Positions 30,739 through 40,015 of a stretch of 55,959 bases of DNA are shown here, piece by piece. The notes under the pieces were generated by a model that saw nothing but the letters and a program-made list of their open reading frames with translations, searched no databases and was not told the DNA's origin. How positions within the stretch are numbered: position 1 is the first letter of the stretch; every line of letters starts with the position of its first letter. Location of the stretch: the NCBI GenBank assembly GCA_038745945.1, contig JBCDLA010000003.1, positions 1-55,959 of the forward strand, written 5' to 3'. The translations under genes and the position numbers were made by a program. The stretch comes from Cyanobacteria bacterium P01_H01_bin.74 (GTDB lineage Bacteria > Cyanobacteriota > Vampirovibrionia > Vampirovibrionales > Vampirovibrionaceae).

Positions 30739-30766
30739 TTGACTCTAATTTCGGTTCGGGTATGAT
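30739..30766 (+). promoter_or_regulatory. Candidate sigma70-type promoter for rpmG
   Basis: TTGACT (30739-30744), 16-nt spacer, TATGAT (30761-30766), about 48 nt upstream of the rpmG ATG. Confidence 0.5.
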
Positions 30767-30813
30767 ACTGGTCTATTCATTTTTCTGAATCTAACCTGTT
30801 AAAAGGAAACACC

Positions 30814-30999
30814 ATGGCAAAGAAAAAAGGTGATGGGTGTGTTCATATTGTTATGGAATGCACTGACTCAGCCAGCGATCACCAGTATCACACCATTAAA
30901 AACAAGAAAAAAAATCCGGACCGTATTGAGTTGAGAAAATACAACCCTGAACTCCGCCGCCACGTTCTCTACAGAGAAAGTAAAAAAAGCAATAAATAG
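30814..30999 (+). CDS. rpmG: 50S ribosomal protein L33
   Basis: 61 aa. MAKKKG...Y.T.KNKKKNPDRIELRKYNP.LRRHV.Y.E.K matches the L33 pattern. Only one Cys, so it is a zinc-independent type. AAAAGGA RBS. Confidence 0.88.
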   Translation: MAKKKGDGCVHIVMECTDSASDHQYHTIKNKKKNPDRIELRKYNPELRRHVLYRESKKSNK

Positions 31000-31106
31000 T
31001 ATTTAATATAAACTGTTTTTGTGAAACCAATTTTTATTTCAACCTTGAACTGATTTGTATTTTTTCAGTTAGTTAAATGTGAAAATAAAAAGGCATAAGC
31101 ACTATT

Positions 31107-32075
31107 ATGATTATGAGGATTTCTAAGCAGAACAATTTGAATTTTAATCACGTCAAGCAAGCAATCTTTTCTCGGGTCTTGCTGGGACTGTTTATCATTT
31201 TTTTGGCTGGATTTTCTGACACTCTACAAGGTTGTATTGCAGCAGAAATACGTCAAGATCAGCTTAAAAAAGAAGAAATTGTGGATCACTTTATCGCCCT
31301 CGGTGATTGGGGTGCAGGGACGCCTTTTCAAAAGCAGGTTGCAGCACAGCTGGCAACATTTCATCAAGCCAAACCTTACGCCTCTGTTTTTATGTTAGGT
31401 GATAATATTTACCCTGCTGGTGATGTAATAAAACGGGGCGAACAGTACTTTGAAACCATGTACGCGCCGCTCATTGAAAAGAAAGTTAATTTTATTGTGG
31501 CACTCGGAAATCATGATGTGATAGAAGGCCATGGCCAAGAGCAAATTGAATATTTTAAGATGCCTAACAATTATTATTTGAAAAAATTGAATACAGCCGA
31601 CTGTTTTATTATTGACAGCAACACCTTTGCAGAAGACGAAAAGCAACAACAGTGGCTGGCAAAAGCGTTACATGACGCCTATCTGGAAACACCGAACCGG
31701 TGGCGGTTTGTCATGGGGCATCATCCAATTTACAGTTCCGGTGCCCATCGCAATGACAGCGATATGAAGCAATTGAAGCAAAAGTTAGAGCCCTTGCTGA
31801 TTAATGGGCATGTTGATTTTTACCTGGCTGGCCATGAGCATGATTATGAACGCTTTTCTGCCATTGATTCGGTTGTTCATGTTGTATCCGGTGGGGGCGG
31901 GGCCTATTTGCGTGATTTAAAAACACCTTATCTTCCACATTCTTTGGTTCAGAAAAAAGCCCATCACTTTCTTAGCTTTCAAGTGTCAACTGACACCGTA
32001 CAATACAAAGTTATTGACAGCGCAGGTGGTGTCATTGATGAAGAAAGCTGGTCTAAAAAAGCATTCTCCAAATGA
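31107..32075 (+). CDS. Membrane-anchored calcineurin-like metallophosphoesterase (purple/tartrate-resistant acid phosphatase-like), paralog 1
   Basis: Motifs GDWG, GDNIY, GNHD, GHHPIYS and GHEHDYER appear in canonical order. N-terminal hydrophobic anchor. Confidence 0.8.
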   Translation: MIMRISKQNNLNFNHVKQAIFSRVLLGLFIIFLAGFSDTLQGCIAAEIRQDQLKKEEIVDHFIALGDWGAGTPFQKQVAAQLATFHQAKPYASVFMLGDNIYPAGDVIKRGEQYFETMYAPLIEKKVNFIVALGNHDVIEGHGQEQIEYFKMPNNYYLKKLNTADCFIIDSNTFAEDEKQQQWLAKALHDAYLETPNRWRFVMGHHPIYSSGAHRNDSDMKQLKQKLEPLLINGHVDFYLAGHEHDYERFSAIDSVVHVVSGGGGAYLRDLKTPYLPHSLVQKKAHHFLSFQVSTDTVQYKVIDSAGGVIDEESWSKKAFSK

Positions 32076-33004
32076 GTCAAGTCCAAAAAAGGCAAACAGT
32101 ATTTCTAATGGCAGGCTTTTCTGTTATTTTGATTTTAGCAGTATTAGCCTGGGCCTACTGGTGGAATGACTTTGATTTTGATCGTCCTGAACAGCCCTTG
32201 CGATGTGGGGTTAGCCAGAGAGACGCTTCGCTCAGTATAACACGTGATCAGCGCTTTATTGCCTTTGGTGATTTTGGACAGGGGACCCCGTTTCAAACGC
32301 AACTGGGTACTGTTATGGGAGAGGTTTATCGAGAAAAACCGTTTGCCACGGCACTTTTGCTGGGTGATAACATTTACCCTGATGGCAATATTAAAAAATA
32401 CAGGGTTTCACGTTTTGAGAAGCCTTATGCTGATCTGATCAGAAACAACGTTCGTTTTCTGGCTGCCATCGGGGATCATGATGATAGAAAAGCCCATTTG
32501 CCTGATCAGATGGCGTACTTTAAAATGCCGGACAAGTATTACAAAGTTTCTCACGGCAATACTGACTTTTTTATTTTAAACACCACTTTTTTTGTTAGAA
32601 GTCCTGAACAGCAAACCTGGATAAAAAAGAGTCTCCAGGACAGCATCGCACAGTGGAAGATCGTTGTTGGGCATCACCCGCTTTACTCCTCTGGACGGAA
32701 CGGGAATACCGAAGGCCTTAAGAAAATTCTAGAGCCCTTGCTAATTGAGAATCAAGTCGACTTTTATTTATCCGGCCACGATCATGGGTATGAGCGGTTT
32801 TCTGAAATGCAAGGTGTCCAGTATATTGTTTCTGGTGGGGGGGGCAGTTTTCTATACAGTTTCAAAGAGCCCAAGCGTAATGGCTCTGTTTTACGTTTAA
32901 GAACGCATCACTTTTTACTGTTTGAAGTGGACGAGCATCAACTGGCAATGTCTGTTATAAATCGGTTTGGAGACACAGTGGATTGCATCTACAAAAGTAA
33001 GTAG
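32072..33004 (+). CDS. Membrane-anchored calcineurin-like metallophosphoesterase, paralog 2
   Basis: Same motif series (GDFG, GDNIY, GDHD, GHHPLYS, GHDHGYER). The start overlaps the upstream stop (ATGA at 32072-32075). Confidence 0.8.
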   Translation: MSQVQKRQTVFLMAGFSVILILAVLAWAYWWNDFDFDRPEQPLRCGVSQRDASLSITRDQRFIAFGDFGQGTPFQTQLGTVMGEVYREKPFATALLLGDNIYPDGNIKKYRVSRFEKPYADLIRNNVRFLAAIGDHDDRKAHLPDQMAYFKMPDKYYKVSHGNTDFFILNTTFFVRSPEQQTWIKKSLQDSIAQWKIVVGHHPLYSSGRNGNTEGLKKILEPLLIENQVDFYLSGHDHGYERFSEMQGVQYIVSGGGGSFLYSFKEPKRNGSVLRLRTHHFLLFEVDEHQLAMSVINRFGDTVDCIYKSK

Positions 33005-33020
33005 TGGGCTGTTTACACAA

Positions 33021-33064
33021 AAACCGCCGCATTAAGTTGTATTAAATAATGCGGCGATTTGTTC
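33021..33064. terminator. Probable bidirectional intrinsic terminator between convergent genes
   Basis: 9-bp stem CGCCGCATT (33025-33033) / AATGCGGCG (33048-33056). An A-run precedes it and ATTTGTT follows it. Confidence 0.55.
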
Positions 33065-33092
33065 GGAAAAAATTTTCAGTTTTTTAAAAAGA

Positions 33093-33662
33093 CTAACTGG
33101 CCCAATTGGCGATATAGTCTGGGTCAGCAACCACGGGTGTTAAAAAACCAGCTGCAGATGGCGAATTGGTTGTGTCAGTCTGTCCCATTGATGTTAATCG
33201 TCCGTTAAAGTATTGAACAAATGTTGCTGCCGTTTGCGGGCCAGCGCCATCGGGGTCGAGATTAAAATAGATGGCATGACTGGTGGTTGTCCCACCAAAT
33301 GAATCATTATCGCTATACTGCAACACAGCCCCATTATGGAGTCTGAGACAAACTGTATTGGCTGTTGAGCAAGCAACGAAACCTGTTGAATAAGATCCAG
33401 CAGTATCAAGACCAACATAGTTCATATAAGCAGTTAGTACCCCTGGGGTTGTCCCGCTTGCTACCCCATTTTCCAATGAAAAGGCAGAATAAGCTCCTGA
33501 TATCATGGCTGCAGCTTCTTTAGCAATCGCTGTATTTTGGCCACTTTGTGAAGAGTTCAAAACTTTAGGAATGGTAAATGTGGCAATAACACCCAGAATG
33601 GCCAGTGCGATGAGAAGTTCTGCCAGGGTAAAGCCTTTACTACTTTTTTTGAATACCTTCAT
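33093..33662 (-). CDS. Type IV pilin-like protein (prepilin-type N-terminal cleavage/methylation domain)
   Basis: N-terminus MKVFKKSSKG|FTLAELLIALAILGVIATF is the class III signal (G/FTLxE). GGAGG RBS. Confidence 0.85.
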   Translation of the reverse strand: MKVFKKSSKGFTLAELLIALAILGVIATFTIPKVLNSSQSGQNTAIAKEAAAMISGAYSAFSLENGVASGTTPGVLTAYMNYVGLDTAGSYSTGFVACSTANTVCLRLHNGAVLQYSDNDSFGGTTTSHAIYFNLDPDGAGPQTAATFVQYFNGRLTSMGQTDTTNSPSAAGFLTPVVADPDYIANWAS

Positions 33663-33991
33663 AATGAAGTGTACCTCCAGTTACAGTTGTTGCATTTGAG
33701 AGATTCCGCAAGCGTTAAGAATTGAAATTCTGTAGCTATCAGCCATATTCATTATTGTAACGTATGGTTAAAAGAAGTATCAGATTAACTACAAAAATTC
33801 CAAGAAATGGTTGAGTTGCTATTCTTTTTCTTTTTTTCTTTAGGGCCGTGATACGACAAGCAACATCAGTAATTACCGACTATTATATTGTCGTTAAAGC
33901 AGATGTTAACTTTAATTCTTGCCCGTAGTTATACTATAATTGCTGGAGTAAACGATTGATTTCTGTGTTTGAAAAGCATACCGGGCAATAA

Positions 33992-34375
33992 ATGGCATCT
34001 CAACTTAGATCAGGTACTGACAATACGCAACAGTTTCACTTTGATGAAAACTGTCTTTTTTGTAAAATTGTCGTCAAAAAAATTCCAGCTGCCATTGTTT
34101 ACGAGACTGAGGAAATCCTGGCATTTAATGACATTGCCCCAGTAGCACCAACCCATATTCTCGTTATTCCCAAAGTGCATACACAGAGCCTTGCAGAAAC
34201 TGAAAGTGATGAGCTCCTGGGTAAGGTATTGTCTGCGGTCAGAGACATTGCCAAAAAATTTGACATTGCAAATTACAGGACAGTCATCAATACAGGTGCC
34301 GAAGCGGGCCAGAGTGTGTTTCATCTGCATTTACACCTGATTGCAGGGCGTGCTTTAAGCTGGCCTCCCGGATAG
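33992..34375 (+). CDS. HIT-family (histidine triad) nucleotide hydrolase
   Basis: CLFCKIV...IPKVH... and the triad HLHLHLIAG. Confidence 0.88.
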   Translation: MASQLRSGTDNTQQFHFDENCLFCKIVVKKIPAAIVYETEEILAFNDIAPVAPTHILVIPKVHTQSLAETESDELLGKVLSAVRDIAKKFDIANYRTVINTGAEAGQSVFHLHLHLIAGRALSWPPG

Positions 34376-34386
34376 TTAAGCAAAGA

Positions 34387-35667
34387 CTAGAATCCTTCAG
34401 GCAGCTGCCAGTTTTTACGCCGTTGCTTCATTTCCGTTTTTTGGTTGATAATGCTTTTTGACTGCCCCGGCGGACAATTGAGGGCACCATCACAGTCGTC
34501 TGGGGGCTTAATATAACGGTAAGCACTGATGACTGCTGAAACAGACTCTGGCGGTGTATCAGTCGGCACGGGGCCCAACTTAACATCGCCGACGGCGTCC
34601 AGCCATGGGGGGGCTGATAAAATCCTTGTTTTTGGATTGTACTGGTACTTTTCTTTGCCCGTTAAACGGCTCAACTGTTTTTTATCCCCAAAAAACGGCG
34701 AGAAAATAATATCACAGCACTGCTGCCTGCCATTTATAAAAAACGCAGTGGGCTGAAAGCCCAAAAAGTCCACCGGCTTTTCAAACCAGAATCCCACCAA
34801 CCGACCCGTTTTGATCTCGTTGTCAATTAAAAATCCATCCGGATGAAGGTAATAATGACGCCCTCGGGTCTGCCCGCCGTTGCGGCTGGTATCCACCCGA
34901 ACTTGCAAAGGCATTTTTCTGGCTGACTTGTTTGCTGAGTTGTTTAATAACGGCAGCAAGTTTTTCAGATAGTGCCGTTCTGTATTGGGCTTTAAAGCAA
35001 TTTCGCCGACAGGCTGGCGGTTTGAAATATTACTTGCAATGCCATCCGCATGGTGAACGCCTGAGTCATTCAAAGCCTTTGCCAGCGTGCTTAAGGTTGG
35101 CAAGCCGAAATCAAACCAGCCGCTGTGGCCGGCATCTAAAAAAACCAGCGCGCCAGCAGCTTTATATTGCCGAACCAGAGTTTCAATGGCTTGGGTCCGT
35201 TGGGTGTATATGGCCTGTGATTTTGCTGAAAACTGGGTGTCTGTTTTGTATTGAATGGCCAACGGCAAAGCATCGGGCTCGAGATAGACCACTGGCTTAA
35301 TACCGGTTTTTTTGACAAATTCAGCGATTTTTTCGGCAATCAGGGTGTTTTCCTGAAAATATTGACTGTACGTTGCAAAACCACCCTCAGAAGACTGGCC
35401 AAGATCACGCAAGGGAATGCAGTAAATAACGAGTTCTGGCGTTTTGTTTTCACGCCTGGCCTGGGCCAACACTTTCTTGAGTTTTTTCAGGTTGGCCCCC
35501 ACCCGTGCATCCTGACTGAGCCAAACCGCATGGGGTTGTCCGTATAACTCAGCACTGCGGGTCCATCGGGGAATTAATACGAGTGTTTGATCAACGGGGC
35601 GGGGCGTATACACCCAGAAGGCAAGCAGTACAAAAGCCGTCAACCCGGAAAAAAAGAGCAGGCGCAT
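34387..35667 (-). CDS. Glycoside hydrolase family 6-like protein (cellulase fold), N-terminally anchored
   Basis: GH6 motifs appear in order: VIYCIPLRDLG..SEGG (cf. Y..P.RDC), YLEPDALPLA (EPDSL), FLDAGHSGWF (DAGHAGW), ASNISN, VDTSRNGG (DTSRNG) and YIKPPDDCDG (W.KPPGESDG). About 75 extra residues sit between the DTSRNG and W..A.G motifs. Confidence 0.7.
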   Translation of the reverse strand: MRLLFFSGLTAFVLLAFWVYTPRPVDQTLVLIPRWTRSAELYGQPHAVWLSQDARVGANLKKLKKVLAQARRENKTPELVIYCIPLRDLGQSSEGGFATYSQYFQENTLIAEKIAEFVKKTGIKPVVYLEPDALPLAIQYKTDTQFSAKSQAIYTQRTQAIETLVRQYKAAGALVFLDAGHSGWFDFGLPTLSTLAKALNDSGVHHADGIASNISNRQPVGEIALKPNTERHYLKNLLPLLNNSANKSARKMPLQVRVDTSRNGGQTRGRHYYLHPDGFLIDNEIKTGRLVGFWFEKPVDFLGFQPTAFFINGRQQCCDIIFSPFFGDKKQLSRLTGKEKYQYNPKTRILSAPPWLDAVGDVKLGPVPTDTPPESVSAVISAYRYIKPPDDCDGALNCPPGQSKSIINQKTEMKQRRKNWQLPEGF

Positions 35668-36123
35668 TTATCCGAGCATCGCATTGAAAAGATAAGCAAT
35701 CAGGCTGCCCCAGAGGGCGCCAACAATGACTTCAATCGGGGTATGCCCCAAGAGTTCCCTCAGGCGTTCAGGCACTTTGGCCGGGTTATTGCTGTAAATT
35801 TCCTGGGTCAGCTGGTTCAGAATGCCTGCCATACGCCCTGCCGATCGCCGTAAGCCCGCTGCATCATACATGACAATAACCGCAAAGCCAATGGTAATGG
35901 CAAAAAGAGAGGCGTCAAAGCCCTCAATCAGGCCAACACTGGTGGCCAGTGAGGCGACCAAGGCACTGTGCGAGCTGGGCATACCGCCTGTGTGAACCAG
36001 CATCCGGTAGCTGACAGGCTTTTTGATTACTGTGTAAATCAGGCACTTTGCAATTTGTGCCCCCACGGTTGCAGTTGCACTGCTTGCAATAATTTCAAGG
36101 CTGGTTCCAGCAATGGGCATCAT
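35668..36123 (-). CDS. Divergent PAP2-family membrane protein (DUF212 / COG1963)
   Basis: GGMPSSHSALV...MYDAAGLRR..G....L...LGHTP.EV..GA pattern. 151 aa. The stop directly abuts the GH6-like start (TAAATG). Confidence 0.75.
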   Translation of the reverse strand: MMPIAGTSLEIIASSATATVGAQIAKCLIYTVIKKPVSYRMLVHTGGMPSSHSALVASLATSVGLIEGFDASLFAITIGFAVIVMYDAAGLRRSAGRMAGILNQLTQEIYSNNPAKVPERLRELLGHTPIEVIVGALWGSLIAYLFNAMLG

Positions 36124-36329
36124 GTATTTTACTGTTCTCTCTTCTGGCTCGATGCGTTTTTTTAATTTTTTATTTGCTTTCTAGTTCTCTATTGGAAAGC
36201 CGAAACAAATGCAATATCACTGGACAAGTTTGGCAGAAACGCACAGGCACTTCAATTTGCTTAAGTTGTGTTTATTTTATTATGTTTAGTAAAGCAAGAC
36301 AATATTGGAGAAACTGTTGGAGAAATGAA

Positions 36330-37346
36330 TTAGTACGAGCGGAATAAAACCGTCTGAATCAATTGGGTTAACGGGCCTTGGTCCAGTTTTATATTGGGGC
36401 GTGCATAATGACTGACAGCATCAAAATGTTGCACCAGCGATCGCTCAATTTCTGTTGCCAGTTGTGTCAATTTCTCCTGGCATGTGGCTTCATCAAACAG
36501 CGCCGGATAGGTTGCCTTCTGCTGGGCTTGATCTTTCCCTGACGTTTTTCCCAGGCCATGGTCTTCATTCGGGGCAATATCAAGGAGATCATCCACAATC
36601 TGAAAGGCCAGCCCCAGTTTTTCTCCCAGCAATCCAAACTGATTGCTTATAATCTCAAGCACTTTTTGGGCTGTCTGTGGATATTGCGCAAAAGCAAGCA
36701 GGCTAGCTGCTTGCAGTGAGAATTTAAACAAGGCCCCGGTTTTATACCGGTGAATATACTGCAGACGGGCTTCATCGAAAGCTTGGCCTTCGGTTTTAAT
36801 GTCCACAAACTGACCGTTAATCAGTCCGGACAAACTGCTGACCTCTGAAAAGTCGGATATAATGCGCAAGAAAACAGAGGCTGGCACTTGCGGATTGGCA
36901 AGCGGCAATGCTTTGGACAGTTGCCCAAAGGCCAGAGCAATCAGCGCGTCTCCCACCAGAACGGCTGTGTGTTCGTTAAAGGCAATATGCAGGCTCGGCT
37001 TTCCGCGACGAAGCGAATCATTGTCCATGCACGGCAAGTCATCATGAACCAGGCTTTGGGCGTGAAGCATCTCAAGGGCGCAAGCCACCGGCATAATAGC
37101 ATCCAGTGTTTTTCCGCCAAGTGCCAGATATGTTTCTATGGCCAGCAGGGCCCGCAGGCGCTTTCCACCGTCCAGTGTCCCGTACTGGATTGCAGCCAGA
37201 AGTTCCGGGGCTTCTTCAGACGCGGCCTCAAAGTTGGCTGCTGACAGGCAGCGGCTTAAGGCCGCATGAACCTTTTGCCTTTTGATTTCAAGAGTTTCTG
37301 CAAAGGCAGCGTCAACAGTGGGTTGCATTTTTAATAACGGTGTCAC
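36330..37346 (-). CDS. Polyprenyl diphosphate synthase (FPP/GGPP synthase type)
   Basis: First DDxxD-type motif LVHDDLPCMDNDSLRRGKPS and second motif FQIVDDLLD. GTG start (ATG at 37328 is an alternative). Unusually long C-terminal extension. Confidence 0.88.
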   Translation of the reverse strand: MTPLLKMQPTVDAAFAETLEIKRQKVHAALSRCLSAANFEAASEEAPELLAAIQYGTLDGGKRLRALLAIETYLALGGKTLDAIMPVACALEMLHAQSLVHDDLPCMDNDSLRRGKPSLHIAFNEHTAVLVGDALIALAFGQLSKALPLANPQVPASVFLRIISDFSEVSSLSGLINGQFVDIKTEGQAFDEARLQYIHRYKTGALFKFSLQAASLLAFAQYPQTAQKVLEIISNQFGLLGEKLGLAFQIVDDLLDIAPNEDHGLGKTSGKDQAQQKATYPALFDEATCQEKLTQLATEIERSLVQHFDAVSHYARPNIKLDQGPLTQLIQTVLFRSY

Positions 37347-37399
37347 AACAGTCTCTTTTATGTTGCAGGCTCAATTTGCTATGTTATAGGCTCAATTTG

Positions 37400-38344
37400 C
37401 TATGTTGCAGGATCAATTTGTTTTTCTAGGGCTGCAACAGCCGCATTGCCAACCAGCAGGGCCAGCTCAGATTTTGCCTGGTTGTAGTCTGCTTTGGCCT
37501 GATGCCGGGTTTGCTTCAAGTTGTCATAAACCGTGTCAATCAGGGTTAATACCGATTGTTGATCGGCTGATGCTGTTTTTTTGCCCGGTTTTTTCTGGCT
37601 GTTAACGGCCTTGTACTGGCGGTCCGCCATCAAAATGGCATCATTTGAAATTTGAAGCTGTGTTTTGGCATGCCGGTAATGGTAGTACCGCTCAATAATG
37701 TCGGATTGGAGTGCCTCAACCTCTTTGGCCAGAATCACCATATCCGCATCAGTGACACGGGTTAACTGGGTATTGGCATCATCATCCCGGACCACAGACT
37801 GCACCAGGTTTGAGCCAATCAGGCCTGCTGGTGTTCCGGTCCACATGGTACCTGCAACCCCGCCCAAATGAATCAGGTTATTCAACAGTTTTTTGGAGAA
37901 CGCTTGCCCTTGAACGGGTTGACCGGTTGCGTCTTTCTTTGAAAGCTTTTCAATGGCGTAGCGTATGGTCCCGCTGCGCTCAACAGCAACTTCCCACAAC
38001 ATCCCGATATCAGCTGTTGCCAGTTCTTCGTCATCCCGCAACTCATTGTAAATGGCCCGGTCCTGAAACGTTACATCATTATGAAGGGCGTTGAGCCGTG
38101 TTGTTAAAGGCTTGTCAAGCACCTTGGCAGCCTGGTTATTAATTTCAGCCTGCTTTTCAAGCGTGAGTGTAATGGAGGCGTCGGGTTCAGGCTTGTCAGA
38201 TTTTTGAGACTTTGCGGATTTTTCAGCGTTTAAAAGAGTTGGCTCTGCAACAGCCCCTGAAATAGAGAATGAGACAGACATTGAAACAGACACTAATAGC
38301 GCAAGACCCAATGCAGTCAGTGGCTTATAAAACACGGCCTGCAT
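37400..38344 (-). CDS. Hypothetical secreted coiled-coil protein (paralog A)
   Basis: Signal peptide (LGLALLVSVSMSVSFSISGAVA). Shares core architecture with the upstream gene: D..MLWEVAVE....I.YA..K, a Gly-rich hydrophobic patch, heptad-rich segments and a terminal ..L.LLVG. The start overlaps the upstream stop by 1 nt (TGATG). Confidence 0.6.
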   Translation of the reverse strand: MQAVFYKPLTALGLALLVSVSMSVSFSISGAVAEPTLLNAEKSAKSQKSDKPEPDASITLTLEKQAEINNQAAKVLDKPLTTRLNALHNDVTFQDRAIYNELRDDEELATADIGMLWEVAVERSGTIRYAIEKLSKKDATGQPVQGQAFSKKLLNNLIHLGGVAGTMWTGTPAGLIGSNLVQSVVRDDDANTQLTRVTDADMVILAKEVEALQSDIIERYYHYRHAKTQLQISNDAILMADRQYKAVNSQKKPGKKTASADQQSVLTLIDTVYDNLKQTRHQAKADYNQAKSELALLVGNAAVAALEKQIDPAT

Positions 38345-39927
38345 CAGTAAATTCCTTTCTTCAGCTTGTCTGCCAGCGGCAAAGGTCCATTGCCTTTCAC
38401 AGAAGCGCCAACAGTCTGGCTGAACTCGGCCAGCTGGCTACTTGCGGGATCTTTTTCTGTTGTGCCAGATGCGTTCACTGAACCAGATGCATTCACTGAA
38501 ATTGTATTGGGCAATGGGCCATATGGCAGTGGTGCCATAAACTCGGCAAGTGCCGGCTTATCAAATTGATTGGGGTTGTTTTTATTTTGATTTTCGCCTG
38601 GCGTGGTTTTTAATGGCCCTGTGACCGGCGGAAGCTCCAGCATGGCCGGTAAATTGGGCCCAATAGCAATGGGCATGCTTTTGGTGACAGGATGGGTTTG
38701 GGCATTAAGACGAGTAACTTGCGTGTCTTTTGCTTGTGTGTCTTTTGGGAGTCCGGTGCTTGTGACTGTCTGCTTGGGTTTTGCAGGCAGGGTATAGACA
38801 ATACGCTTGCTGCCCTTGGGTGTGTCATCCGGGAGGGTGTCTTTAGGCGGTGATGAATTGGGCAATGCCTTGGGTGACAAGCTAAAAGCCAGCTGGTCCA
38901 CACTATTTTGCCCCGCAAGCCGCTCCAGCTTTAAGCGGTACAGTTTGGCCTGCTGCCGGGTTTTTGTTTCTTGCATTAATGCCTGATAATAGGTTAAACC
39001 GGCAGCCATAATGGCCAGCTGATTTTGACCGCTGCTGACATCGGCATAATTCTGACTGTATTTTGCGGTGCTGCCCTGATTTTCAATTAACGCCTCCAGG
39101 CTCTGGCGGTACCCCTGGTAATTGGTAATCAGTTTTTGCTTTAACGTATCAATTAAGCCCGCCAGCTGAATTTGCTCTGTGGGGGTCAGGCCGTTGCCAG
39201 GCAGGCCTGTTTGCCTTGAAACCATATTTTGCAGGGCATTGCTTGCTGCCATCGTGCCCATACTGCGGTAAGCCCCGGCCCCGGGTAGTGCTGTTGACCC
39301 CATCGCGGCTCCCGATATCAGTACATTGAGTGTTTTGCTTAAAAAATGGCTTGATTTCTTTTGCTGCAAGTCGGCAGGCATGGTCATTTTTTGTAAAGCA
39401 AACTGAATAACCGGGTTTTTCTCAACCGTGGCTTGCCACAGTAATTCCAGATCGGTTTCAGCCAATTGCTTTTGCAACGATGCAAGATCGGGTGTTTGCG
39501 GATCGTTTGAGTCGATTTTAGAAGCATCTGTGTTTAAGGAAGATTTTTTGGCATTCAGAGCGGTTAACTTGTCTTTGGGATCGCTCAGCTTAATCACGGG
39601 TGAGGTCACTGCAGACAGTGCAATGGGGGAAATACCAGTTTCAGTGGTGTTTAAAAGGATGGCCTCAGGGGAGCGAGGCACAATTTTTGGATTAATGACA
39701 ACAGCTGGGGGCAAAAAATTCTTGACTGGCCATGGCGCTTGTTGGGTGAGTGCTTTTGCAAATACAGGGGAAACGGATAAAACAGCAGTTACCGTCAATG
39801 CAGCCAAGAATGAGTGTTTGACAGCTTTGCCAGTAAAAACACCATTGTAAACTCGGTGAATAGGGAAAGAATAATGAAGGGTCATGACAGTTTCAGGGGA
39901 TAAGGGATTCATTGCGCATTGGGCCAT
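38344..39927 (-). CDS. Hypothetical secreted coiled-coil protein with a Pro/Thr/Lys-rich C-terminal half (paralog B)
   Basis: Signal-like segment FLAALTVTAVLSVSPVFA. Core DLELLWQATVEKNPVIQFALQK...GAAMG...YQGYRQSLEAL... parallels paralog A. C-terminal low-complexity region with short in-frame repeats (VNASGS x2, KDTQ x2). The start is uncertain, since several in-frame ATGs exist. Confidence 0.6.
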   Translation of the reverse strand: MAQCAMNPLSPETVMTLHYSFPIHRVYNGVFTGKAVKHSFLAALTVTAVLSVSPVFAKALTQQAPWPVKNFLPPAVVINPKIVPRSPEAILLNTTETGISPIALSAVTSPVIKLSDPKDKLTALNAKKSSLNTDASKIDSNDPQTPDLASLQKQLAETDLELLWQATVEKNPVIQFALQKMTMPADLQQKKSSHFLSKTLNVLISGAAMGSTALPGAGAYRSMGTMAASNALQNMVSRQTGLPGNGLTPTEQIQLAGLIDTLKQKLITNYQGYRQSLEALIENQGSTAKYSQNYADVSSGQNQLAIMAAGLTYYQALMQETKTRQQAKLYRLKLERLAGQNSVDQLAFSLSPKALPNSSPPKDTLPDDTPKGSKRIVYTLPAKPKQTVTSTGLPKDTQAKDTQVTRLNAQTHPVTKSMPIAIGPNLPAMLELPPVTGPLKTTPGENQNKNNPNQFDKPALAEFMAPLPYGPLPNTISVNASGSVNASGTTEKDPASSQLAEFSQTVGASVKGNGPLPLADKLKKGIY

Positions 39928-40015
39928 TGGGCTTTGATTTTTTAGTTTAAAATATTAAATAAAATCTTAAATATATTGGGCACATTATTTATGACGTTAT
40001 TTCTATTATACCGTG

